The notes beneath the pieces are model-generated. The model was not told the origin of the DNA. It made no database searches and saw only the letters and a list, made by a program, of their open reading frames with translations. The position numbers and the translations under genes are program-made. From positions 10,106,001-10,170,000 of the forward strand of contig OZ210885.1 in the NCBI GenBank assembly GCA_964658305.1: DNA of 64,000 nt. The letters run 5' to 3'. Numbering within the stretch: position 1 is the stretch's first letter; every line of letters starts with the position of its first letter. The stretch is from Leptogorgia sarmentosa (Eukaryota). Shown one piece after another: positions 50,464 to 62,300 of the stretch.

Positions 50464-50870
50464 GTAGCGTTGTTAAAATGGTTTGGTTTCAGAGAACGAG
50501 TTTGAGAATGTGAACACAAGCTGCTTGAGATTGAAATTTTCAGAAAAAAATCCAACGCCGAGAATAGAACCTGGGCCATAAAGGCATACTCTGCTAACAG
50601 CTGCTTTACCCAATAACAAAATCAAGGACTTGAAATCAAGAATTTAAAAAACGATACAAAACTAATAATTATGTACATTACGAATCAATTTGTGGGCATT
50701 ATTCCTGAATCTTTTGTTGCTGGAATTAATTCTTTATTAATCGTGCCAACACGTAAAAGAGGTTGATATCGGAAAATATTGATTTTACTTTTTTCCCGTT
50801 ATGGATGAAATTACGAGTTTTCCCAAATAAGAAAGGTTAACTTTTGAAATTTATATTAACTATTGATTTT

Positions 50871-50914
50871 CGTTTGGGTGCCAGAGATCATGGGTTCGAT
50901 TCCCATGCAAGCCC
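50871..50914 (+). pseudogene. 3' half of tRNA-Pro(TGG)
   Basis: TTTGGGTGCCAGAGATCATGGGTTCGATTCCCATGCAAGCCC. Confidence 0.6.
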
Positions 50915-50985
50915 TTAAATTACCCAAGTAAGACGTTGTATTTTTTGAAAGCTTTCGTAAATCCTTAGAAAACCCCGCCCAAACA

Positions 50986-51009
50986 CGTCCCTGGTTGGAC
51001 TCGAACCAA

Positions 51010-51047
<38 letters not shown>

Positions 51048-51059
51048 GACCACAGAGAC
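50986..51059 (-). tRNA. tRNA-Asn(GTT), D-stem variant
   Basis: GTCTCTGTGGTCCAATCGGTTAGCGCGTTCGGCT-GTT-AACCGAA. Confidence 0.75.
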
Positions 51060-51226
51060 CGACTCCATTGAAAACCTTCCGAAAAGAAACAAAAAATAAT
51101 GGATATTATTTTTGGTCAAAATCTGATTTTTTGCAAAGGCCACATTGAACGGGAATAATAAACAGAACTTCAACGGTGACGATTCCCGCAATTGTGATTA
51201 CAATACTTTTTGGTGTTTGAAACAGA

Positions 51227-51298
51227 TGCCGTGACCAGGATTCGAACCTGGGTTATTGCGGCCACAACGCAATGTACTAACCACTATACGATGAGGGC
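51227..51298 (-). tRNA. tRNA-His(GTG), acceptor-stem mismatches
   Basis: GCCCTCATCGTATAGTGGTTAGTACATTGCGTT-GTG-GCCGCAATAACCCAGGTTCGAATCCTGGTCACGGCA. Confidence 0.75.
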
Positions 51299-51406
51299 GA
51301 CGTCGTTGGAAGACTGGAAAGTGTTTTGGAACTGAGATATTACATTAATGCCCCATTTTTCCCCGTCAGTACAAAGTACAATAGAAAACATTTTGACACC
51401 ATCAAT

Positions 51407-51478
51407 GGCTTGCTGGTCTAGTGGTATGATTCTCGCTTAGGGTGCGAGAGGTCACGTGTTCGATTCCCGTGCAAGCAC
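51407..51478 (+). tRNA. tRNA-Pro(AGG), variant
   Basis: Inverted paralog of 7581-7652 with two substitutions. Confidence 0.75.
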
Positions 51479-51600
51479 TAGTTAATTAACAAAGTAAGAC
51501 GTTCTCTTTTTTGAAAGCTTCCGTAAATCCGTAGAAAACCTCGCGCAAAAAATTCGGTTACATTTACCATCACGATGTCTGAATAACATCACACCAAACA

Positions 51601-51624
51601 CGTCCCTGGTTGGACTCGAACCAA

Positions 51625-51662
<38 letters not shown>

Positions 51663-51674
51663 GACCACAAAGAC
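51601..51674 (-). tRNA. tRNA-Asn(GTT), variant
   Basis: Inverted paralog of 7386-7459. Confidence 0.75.
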
Positions 51675-51931
51675 CAATTACTCAAAAACTTCCAAAAAGA
51701 AATGTAAAAATAATGGATATTACTATTTAATAACATACACTCGTGAGTTTTCCGAAAACCGCAAATAGCACTCGTCCTTCGGACTCCAGCTAGAAGTTGA
51801 AAACTTTGCTTATCCAAGAAGTTTCTTGGACAACTTCTTTTTATAACTTTTCTCTTTTTTCTCCTACACCCAAATCATAACCACCCATAACCCCAAAATT
51901 TTGCTAAATACATTCTGGAAATTTGCTCTTC

Positions 51932-52013
51932 CGTAGTCGGCAGGATTTGAACCTGCGCGGTAATTTCCCAACAGATTTCAAGTCTGTCGCCTTAACCACT
52001 CGGCCACGACTAC
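51932..52013 (-). tRNA. tRNA-Ser(TGA)
   Basis: GTAGTCGTGGCCGAGTGGTTAAGGCGACAGACT-TGA-AATCTGTTGGGAAATTACCGCGCAGGTTCAAATCCTGCCGACTACG. Confidence 0.88.
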
Positions 52014-52223
52014 GTTGGCATTAATCTTGGCTTGCACTTCGAAATGAAAATATCTTCAATCTGCCAATAAAATCCAACAAAATATTTTAGTAATCGTTTT
52101 CAAGTATTGGTGGATAGATTTAACACGAATCGTAGTATATGCATCTCAACTCTTTGGGTCGCATATTTCCCATCAGCCTGCTTTAAAGAATTTGAAAGTT
52201 TTCCAGTTTATAGGTAGGTTAAG

Positions 52224-52300
52224 AAGGAGCGGGTGGATTTGAATTGAACCACCGACCTCTCGATCTGCAGTCGAATGCTCTACCTCTGAGCTACACTCCC
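52224..52300 (-). pseudogene. tRNA-Cys(GCA) with 5-nt duplication in the T loop
   Basis: GGGAGTGTAGCTCAGAGGTAGAGCATTCGACT-GCA-GATCGA...GG-TTCAA-TTCAA-ATCCACC. Confidence 0.75.
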
Positions 52301-53083
52301 GTTGTAGTCGACTAGGTTAATTACGTACATATACTTTCAAACGCAGCTATAATCAATTCACGGACCTCTGTTTTTTCAATTTTACATTCAAATACAAAAT
52401 CTTTCTTGGCATGTTTCATAGTCTTAATACAAATAAAAAACGCGACTTCTTTCCGTTGTTTTGTAGATGGAAAACTTAGGCATTGAATCTGTCACTTTAA
52501 ACTCTCAGCCGCCAGCAGAAAATTTTTTTGGGATCACTTCGCGGCTTGGTTACCAAGCACTGATCCAATTCTGAATCTATTAAAACAGAAAATGTTGTTT
52601 ACGTTCAACACGCATAATATTACATGACTCAAAATGATTCGAGCAAAACCGATCTTTTGTTAAAAGGAAGACTGGTCAATAGAAATTGGTATTTTTGAGT
52701 GACATAATCGTTTGTCGTCATCGATCCGTGTCGTTGAACAATGAAAAAAGTTGTCGTAAAATTAGTGAAGATAAAATTGCAGTTTGTGAGAAAACTGCAG
52801 GTCTACGGAGCGGGAACTTTTCGGAATTGAACTCAGCGTATCCGAAAGTGTTATAGTTCTCGTAAAAATATTTCAGTTCCAAGACAGGTGAAATGAAAAT
52901 AGTTTTCTAGGCACTTTTTGAGGTCACAGCAAACAGCCTACAAGTTAACTCTCATGATTGTATAAAAAGTGTGACCTGAAACAAAATTTTTGAACAGAAT
53001 TTATTTCTTGAAAAACACGTGATAATAGAGGAAATTAAGTTTAATTAACTGAGTTCGTAATGATGGATTTATATTTTGCATAA

Positions 53084-53165
53084 CGTAGTCGGCAGGATTT
53101 GAACCTGAGCGGGAAACTCCCAACAGATTTCCAGTCTGTCGCCTCAACTGCTCGGCCACGACTAC
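53084..53165 (-). tRNA. tRNA-Ser(GGA), derivative of the Ser(AGA) gene, likely pseudogene
   Basis: Paralog of 1534-1615 with shared flanks; loop CT-GGA-AA; D-loop GG changed to AG. Confidence 0.6.
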
Positions 53166-55094
53166 GTTGCTACAACCAACAGGTATCGCGTTGTTCAACT
53201 AAACTTTGACGTCTACAACTCACCTACACTCTCAGCTCTATACACTGTGAATAATATGAGTAGAGTAGTGAGCAGAGTTTACCACATGGGGCCTGGGGCC
53301 AACGTTGCTTGCGAATAGAATGGATTATTTTGGGTGTTTCTTTCTTAATAATATATAAATGAAAGCATTACTCAAAGTTGCCCAATTCTTTCGTTATAAT
53401 GTTCATATTCCACAAGATGCCGAACATATTCACAAACACCTTCAAATAATAAATCAGAGTAAGTTAAAATTCTCACGTGCATGTCTACCAAACTCTTTCC
53501 CTCTGTAACACATGACTTATGGTTGAAAATCTCGGTAACATTTACTTCACTGTGATGGGTATTTAACTGCCAAATTCTTTGCGAAATTTCATATGCGAAC
53601 TTTCTTTAATTTTACATTCATATGATAATAATATTTCCCAAGAAGAGGGACAATGCCACCCGATGATTTTAAATTCATGACGGATTAAAAACAATTCCAC
53701 TTACTGACAACACAAGTTGTGTCGTATTGTGCGCTTCTGTACAGCTACGAACTCATAAAAAACGAACCATATTTTGGTATTTTATTTCATACGGCAACTT
53801 TCTATTGGTCGTTCAGACATCGCTTTTAAATAATAGTTAAATATTAAATCCAGCGAATGTACAATTGAATAATCTCTTAATCTAATTCTGTTCAACCTGA
53901 ACTAATCATTCTTGCTCTTCGCTCCCACGCAACTTGTGACATGAGTGTCTTCCTGTTATATTGTTCTTCGACCCAGCATTATTCAAGTGAAACCCGCAAA
54001 CACAATTGCTGGAACGTTCTCGATATGTGACGACATGTATTTACGTCGTTGAGGTTGAATACAGAAGCGTTTGTCCTTTTAACATCATTGCAAATTCAAC
54101 ATTCGGTGAGTACCAATAAATGTTTTTGAAACTATTTCCAGTTTGCACAATAACGTTATAAAATCCCATATAACAGATTCCCTTTCAAAGCACAATATCC
54201 ATCTGATGACGTTGCAACACAATGACAAACAAACATGCCTTTACGCTTCTACCATTCGTGTAATATCATTTCAGGTTATGTGAGGGTGTTCTATGTCGCT
54301 CTTACTTTTAATTATCTGTGATCTCGTGAGCATTGTATTGCACATAAACTCCACAAATCACAACTTAGTTTATCCAAGGTATTTGTCATGCAAGAGCGCT
54401 TGTACATGTTTGTAAATTAAACTTGATTTATTCAGACAAGATACTGATAAAACTAGACAAGATTTGGATCTTTTAATAAAAGCTGGGGTCATAAATCATT
54501 ATTTATTAAATGCTTTAAAGCTTCTCATTACTATCTGTACTGATTCTTGGGTGGTTATATCATCGTGAACATACATGTGACTGATGCGTGTTCAATCGCT
54601 GACATGTCATGCATACAGCGCTACTTTGCCCGATTTGTTGAAAATCCTAAATTGAATTGAGCATTGCCAAACAAAGCAGCCTCCATCCTCACTTCGGGCT
54701 TATTCAATACAGACTTGAGCATGCAATACCAGGGACCAAACAACAGGTGGACCTTTATTGCTCTCAGGTTTTCAGGGATGTAACTGCAACTTAGCAACGC
54801 TCAGTCTGTAGCGCTGTTAGAAAATTTACTGTTCTTGACTAATTAGGTTGTGACGAAGTCTTCAAAGCAAACTAAGGAAAGCAAACTTCAATACTAGCAG
54901 TGTTTGCCTCACGCAAGTTTGTTTACAAGTTTCATAAAAAAACTATAGTATATGATTGGCAACATTTCAGTCTGTAACAGTTGATAGATTGCGTCTAACA
55001 TAAAACAAAGACTCAGATTAAATTGACTGACAGCATGCAAGTAAACGAACTATGGGGTTGTTTAAAGGAATGTAAGATATATGTGCTTTAGTTT

Positions 55095-55420
55095 TAAAAT
55101 TGTCACGTGTATATCTACCAAACTCTTTCCCGCATGACTTATGTTTGAAAATCACGGTAACATCTACTTCACTGTGATGGGTATTTAACTGCCAAAATCT
55201 TTGCGAAATTTAATATACGAACTGTCTTTAATTATTCATTCATATGATAATTATATTTCCTAAGAAGAGGGAAAATATAACCGGATGATTTTAAATTCAT
55301 GACGGATTAAAAATAAGTTGAGTTGCATTGTGCCCTGGTGTAAAGCTACGAACTCATGTCAGGCGAAAAATATTTTGGTATTTTACGTCATAGGGTAAGC
55401 TTGTATTGGTCGTTCAGACG
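55095..55420 (+). repeat. Direct duplication of ~53465-53822
   Basis: Shared CTACCAAACTCTTTCCC...TTACTTCACTGTGATGGGTATTTAACTGCCAAA...TATTGGTCGTTCAGAC. Confidence 0.85.
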
Positions 55421-56304
55421 TCTTATTATTGTGACAGAAATCATTTCAATGTACTGTTTTGTTGCATGAAACCCAACATGCATTACTTTGCACTTTGCAA
55501 CAATATTCCCGGAGCTTAAACAGCAACTTGCTTCAGCTTCATGTAGTTTATACACCGAATGTCTTGTGGTGAGTAGAATTCATCACATTTATTGTCACTG
55601 AATTATTTTACCGAGTAGTTTGTAAGGAAATATTCAATATGCGGCGCGCCAGTGCGGGAAGCGGATCACAACAGCAAACTCCAGAAAGGGTTTTGCAATT
55701 GCTCACTACCTAAACGATGCAATTAATAAGTTTCAATATTTGGAGCGAACGCAAGATTAAGAAAATTTGACTGATAGCATGGAAGTACTGCAAATGCTCG
55801 CAATTTTTATTGCCCAAAAACCTAGAATAGAATATTAATAGAATAGAATAATAAGAATAGAATATTAATTTCCTTCACATCATCGTCACCTTGACAACCG
55901 GGTTGTCAAAAACGCCCCCTGCTTGAGTTCTCTATTATCCTCGATTAACAGCCGCACTGTAGTTGCAAAAGTGCGACGTTAATTAAATTCATTATTCCCT
56001 ATATCTGTAGGCTATGTTTAAATATACATATGATACATGTTTGGAGACAGCGTTAAGTGGTCAATACTTTCCACTCGCTTTACAAATTCGATAAATCTTG
56101 CTTGTCTGATTTTTCAAAACTGGGTTACTCCTACAGTATTTTCAAAGGACATACTAGTCTTTTCAAAGAAACTTCTACTTTCCCATTTTTGTAAAACACT
56201 TAAAATGTCAGAAAGTAATTATGTCTGTACTGTTTACAAAAGCTTTGTGCTTTGGTAGCTAAAATTGTAACACCATTATTTTATGTTTACTTCATAGAAC
56301 GATA

Positions 56305-59300
56305 ATGATATCAGAGGAAGAACAACATTGGGTTTTAGTTGGCATTGCCTTTACCAAAGTTCTTGCACCTGCATTAAGGAAAGTTGTCGCCACTGAACTT
56401 GGGAAGTGGTATCATTCTTTATGCCAACCACCTGATGAAATTCACAAGCAAGATTTCGCAGCATACAGAAGGAAGAAATTACCCCCTTCCACCCATAACC
56501 TACAATATCAAAACATTAACAACAACATTATTCACAAGCGTACTAAATCAGCTTATGATTATGCTGTTAAAGATCCTGTCTCGTTGGCGAAACTATTCGT
56601 CACGGACTTTATGGCACATTTCACTGGATTTGATGAAACCATGGATATGTCAGCACTTTTGACTATTATCGGCAAGGCAGCTCCTTTTGTATCTTCTGGT
56701 GCTGCAGCTGAAGCAAACAAAGTTCGGTCGGACATCAGAAACCCATGGGCTCATTGTAACATCTCTGAATGGACACTACATATGTTCAATGACTCGTTTC
56801 AAGGAATGGAATCTTTGGTGAAAATATTAAATTTACCAACAGCTGACGAAAAAATAATTTGTGATGAACTAGATTTCTGGAATAAAACAGGTACTGTATT
56901 ATTAGCATTATTGCCGGAATCTCATCACCCCTTATTCAAACTCTCTTATTCATTTATTATTATTATTATCCAATTTGATTCCTATAGTAGCATATTATAC
57001 AATTCAATGCAATTCTCAGTACAATCAATCGTTGGAATTCTGCGATAGTGTAGCTACTTTGAAACTTTATGTAGAAATCTAGTGTTTTATTGGTGACAGT
57101 GATTTATTTTTAGATCTTCATATAAGTGCAAAAGTTAAATGCCTTTAATACTGTATACAACGTGCAACTGATATAATTTATGCTGACATATGCATAAAAT
57201 CAAAATTTTCACATGAATTAGACTTCGTAAATCGTACTAATTCCAGTTGGACATTTGTGTTCAAAACTTCAATCATTCAAAAGTCGGGAATGTTTAACGC
57301 AATTTTGCCAATTTTTTCATTTTAGTATTAGGCACGCAAAATTGATAGACTTTTCTCGATAAGGATATAAATGCATGGGTAATACTAAAATATACAAAAT
57401 TTGAAAACTTTACAGGGTCATATTTTTCGCATTTTAAAACATTTCTCAACCAAACTTTACAGTTTTACTAACTTTGTGATACTCTTTAACGCTGTTGCTC
57501 TGAATCGTACTGTTTCGAAATGTTTAAAAATTGTCTATCATGCAAAAAGTCTACTTTACTCAAAACGTCCAACCTAGGTTGCATTGTTTAGGTAGTGGGT
57601 AGGACATGTGCTGCTTGCTGATGTTGTTATCCCCTATCTACTACACTGGCCGCATATTGAAGTTTGCTAATAGCGACAGCAGACCATGCTTATCAAATAT
57701 ATGGACAGCAGGGCATGCTTTTCCATGTATCCTTCGTGCTACGCGCATTAGCAGCGATATATTTATAGTGTTTGTGATACTCAAGATAAATTTTCTTCAT
57801 TATTTCCAGACATTCTTGTTGATGGTCGTCACGCAAAACTAATTGCAGAAAGTGTAGCTGAACTTTGCCGTTGTATCAATAACTGCGATTTGGACGCCAC
57901 AAAGGTATGAGGAACTTTTGATGTTTCATTTAACAGCCATTGAATAAGTAGGAAGACGCTGTTCAAATTAATATAAGACATGTTTCAAATGCGAGCGAGT
58001 GCAAATTTTCAGCGTGGGAACGCAATCTGTGCTTTTTTTCGATAATGCTGTTTTTATGAGTTTTGCTTTACCCGTTAAACGTTACAAGTCAAACATGTGC
58101 ATACTTTTTTGCGGAGACGTTTGCAATAGAATACTTGGACGAAGCGTGTACCGATGAATAAAACACACTACATATCAATTACTGATAAATACTAATATAA
58201 GTATCCCATTAAGCCAAAACAACTGAGCCATTCTCATAGGCAAGAGATAAACCTAAATTTTGATAGATAACAATTATTTTTCCTTGCAAAATTGCTATTC
58301 CAACATTGAACTACAAATTTCTGAAAAGTTTAGAAACTAGGAAACTTGCATATCAAATTTCAATAGTCCTTATGTATAATGTCGTCACAATTAAGTACAG
58401 GTGGGAAATTTGTCGTCGCTGACCAAAAAATCGCGGCAGAAGCAAAGTACATTCCAAAACATGGCAAAAAGTTAGCAAACAACTGATTTAACTGACGAAT
58501 TTTTCTTTTTTTATTCAAATGATCTCTAATTTAGTTCTTAATATTTTAAAATCATTTTAAAATCGATCATGAATTCCTTGTTTTGCGATGATTTTTTTTT
58601 GCAATCGAGTGCGTGGAAGTGAATATGGAGACATTAACATAACAGCAAATGAGTGGCAAATACCGCAAATGTCGAGATATGGCTTGCTTAAACCGTAATC
58701 AACGAGGAAAACGTGATATGAGAATGAAATGAAAGTTGAAATTATTCTTTTTATTTCTCAAATTTCCCATAATATGTTTGTTAGTGTAACTTGTGCGATT
58801 TCTACTCGAAGTACAAGCTCGCTAAATTTGATGGATTTTGAACATTTGTGAAAATAGCTTGACTTTGAACTGTATTTTTTTAAAGAGAGCTCGTGGCCTC
58901 AATTTCAAATATAGCTAAATGAAGACAAACACTTCTTTGGCGTTTAGTGGTACCAAACCTATAAACAGGAAAATAGGGCCTCATGATGCTTTAGTTAAGT
59001 GTTTGAGACCCACTTGCTTCACACGTGTTGTGGTCAAATTCTGGCCAAGAATCAAAGGCCCAAAAAATGAATTTACATGACCAAAACTGCTTTGAGGAAG
59101 GTCTAGTTTAAAAATATAGCTTTTAATTTAGATTTAGTGAGCATAATTTGGTTATAGAAATTAAATATTTTTGTATTTGATGAGATTCAAAATTTTTTGT
59201 ATATTCAAGCCAGGCTTCAGTGTAATTATAATGATAACCGGCAATGAAATGAAGATATTTGGAAAACTGACCGTGGCCTCACGATAAAACATTCCAAAAA

Positions 59301-62300
59301 TATTCTCCATTTCATGTATTTTTTTGCGATACTTTAATTGTAAGCGTCAAAACAGGGCTTGAACAGGCCCGGGATTTGTATTTAGCCTTCGGTTGTGAAA
59401 TCGCACGCTTCATCACAAGAGTTATTTTGCTCCGCCATGATTTGTGCTCTGTCGCTGATATTTAAACCTTTACGACATAAATATTGTCATCCTCGTTACG
59501 ATGTGAACATTTCACAGAAAATTCTAATTATTGCAGATTAACATGTGACTGTAAACAGTAGGTAGAAGTATGCCATTCAGAATCGACACAAGATTTGTTT
59601 TGATTGTTCGTGAAATGTACATTTCAGTCATTTCTTCTTCCCGCAGAATACACGCACGTCTCGTGGGGATTCCCCGCGCATGCACAGTCAATTTTCCCAC
59701 CTGCTAATTCTAGCTCGTATTCGACTTTACATCTGTGTCGACCAACCATTGAAATATTTCGTAAAAATTATTCGACGTAAAACAGTGACGTAAAAATTAT
59801 TCGATGGCAATTCGAAAATTTTGAGAAAAAAAGAGCCAATTTATAAGAGAGGAAAAAATACGTACGCACAACTCACATGTGGGTAGCCCGTAAAAGATCG
59901 GCGAAGCAATTTTCCCTTTCTCAAAAATCCCAACCATTAAAGTCAGGAAAATATTGATAAAGCTCAGACGGTTAAGCACACGGCGTGCGTCGCTGTTCAA
60001 ACAAACCAAGTTCACAGAGTTTCCGTCTTCTCTCTTCAGCTAGCCACAATGCGTAGTTTCTGTCCCGAGGATTCCTGACTTGCTCAGTAATTGCCCTCAA
60101 GTTCCCCTACAGTAATTCTATTAATTTTGGAATTAACTGCCTAAGCGACTGGCTTCGGTTTCTCATCTTTGCTGGGCGAGAGTTGCATATAACTCCATCG
60201 TTTATCGACTATGAGTTTTATTTTCAGTTTGGCAAAGAACTCCAAGTATAGAACGACTGTCTTTAAACTTCAGGATATCAGACGGTAGTTGATTCTTTTC
60301 AGTGTTGGAGCTTAGTTCACCCCACGCTTCGTCACCTATTTTTCATTCAAGAACTAACAATTTTACTTTACTCTTCTCGACTAAGTTTGTTTTCAGTCAC
60401 CTCGATACACGCTTTCAATTCAAACTAATTCTTCTCGAATCCTTGCATGACCCTGCCCTCTTTACTTGTCTGGTCGTCCACAGCACAACGAACTCTGTCC
60501 TTGCCTCATATATATTGACTCATTAATTTACATATTCATCTTAATCTCTAATCTAATAATATACATGAAAAAAATTCTCGAATCTGATTGGCTAAGAACA
60601 GTGCAATTTTAAGGAAATACAGTGCAAAAAAAAGAAATTCAGTGCAAATTTCTTCAGATGTTTAAGCCTTCTGATTGGCTGAGATTACAAAGCTAGCCAA
60701 TCAGATTAAGCCATCTCTGGCGAACAATAATAAAATTGGGTAATCCTTGGGTAGATTCTTTTAGGAACAGACAAATGATAGAGGGGCTTCAAAATAGTTC
60801 GAAAAATGAAAATACCACCAAAGATATCTTGTCCTGCGGTTGATTGTGCGGAGAAAATGGTGCATTGAAAAGGAAATACAGCGCGAGATACAAAATATTC
60901 CGCAAGAGGTGTTAGATTATATATTTTGCTCGATTGTTTTTATGCTGAACGAAAACTGAGAATTAAAAAAAGAAACGGCGATGAATATGAACCACACACT
61001 TAAAAGTGATATTAAGAGCAGTCGATGATCACTACCATTTTATAATACGAGGCAGAGATTTCCCTTCGTTCAAGCAAGTGCTCGGTGGAAAAGCGAAACA
61101 ACTTCGTATATCAGCGGCCGAACAAAACGAGAATGTCCTAGAAAAACTCGCTCGTGCATGTTTTTTCCAAATTGCACTCGAAACCATACAATTACCTATA
61201 CTAATAACTTCAGATTATAACTATTGTTACATCACACACCTTAAGCCGCTTTGTGAAGTTGAGAGTGATTTCAAATTTGTTTCAGCCCGTAAATTGAATA
61301 TTACTAAATCAATTTTATCTATTCAGATAAATCCAGTGATGGAGAAACTCGATAACATACAATCCACATTGCTTCGCAAAATTACAGAGGTTGAAAGGTC
61401 TGCAGCTGAGAACTCAATGGAGCTTAAACGTCTGGCGGAGAAAACAGATGAAATCGAATGTCGTCAGAAAAAGCCGAGGACGGAGCATTCAGATTTTGCA
61501 GAGAAAAAAGGTAGTGTTTCAATTAACTAGGAAAGATGGGAAACTATTTATGCAGAATATATTATGCAGGAAAATTTACAGAGTATCAGGCAGCCATTCA
61601 ATTTTCAAAATTTGTGTGCCCCACGAACCTTCCCGGTCTTCAACGTTCTAAGAATTTCTTGTAGGAAAATATCTCGTTAGAGTAAACGGCAACAGGAATA
61701 CAATATGTCTTCTAACATTTCCCAGATTTAGTGGGAATCCGAAAGCATTAGCAGTGCAGTATGCGCTGTCGCACTCATCATCACTAAAAATGAATTTTAA
61801 TGTTGGGCGGGTTAACTGCGTAGGTCACAACCAAATAAAAAACGCTCGTGAAAAGTTGACGCAGCTCAATTGCGACAAGAATGCTTAAATGTTGCTTATT
61901 GTAGTTAAATGCTTCTTCTCTTGATTTATGTCCTAAAGTGCCTCATTATCATTTTCATTTATGATATTGACTTTAATTCAGTAACAAACATACTAAATAC
62001 ACGAGAACGGGACTGGATCCAATGCACGGTGTCAGCCTGACTAAAAATATACAAACTACTAGGGTAACTATTATAATATTTTTATACAAGCATTTAAATA
62101 GATAAAATTAGGAATGACAAGTAGACGTCCTATCTAAAGAATATATTAATAAGTACAGGGTAAATCGGGATCGAATGTTGTTGTGAAAAGTTCCGGATAA
62201 GTGTTGTACAAGATTTTTTTGTACAAGTTCCAACCTGCGAAAGGTTAATAGAACAGGAAGAGCGTAATTGTATCTTACGTTTTATTCTATTGCACTCTTA

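Noticed and set aside
61006..61530. 174-aa ORF as a standalone gene
   Set aside because: Chance fusion of a decayed Crypton remnant with exon 3 (61327-61510) of the NB-ARC gene.
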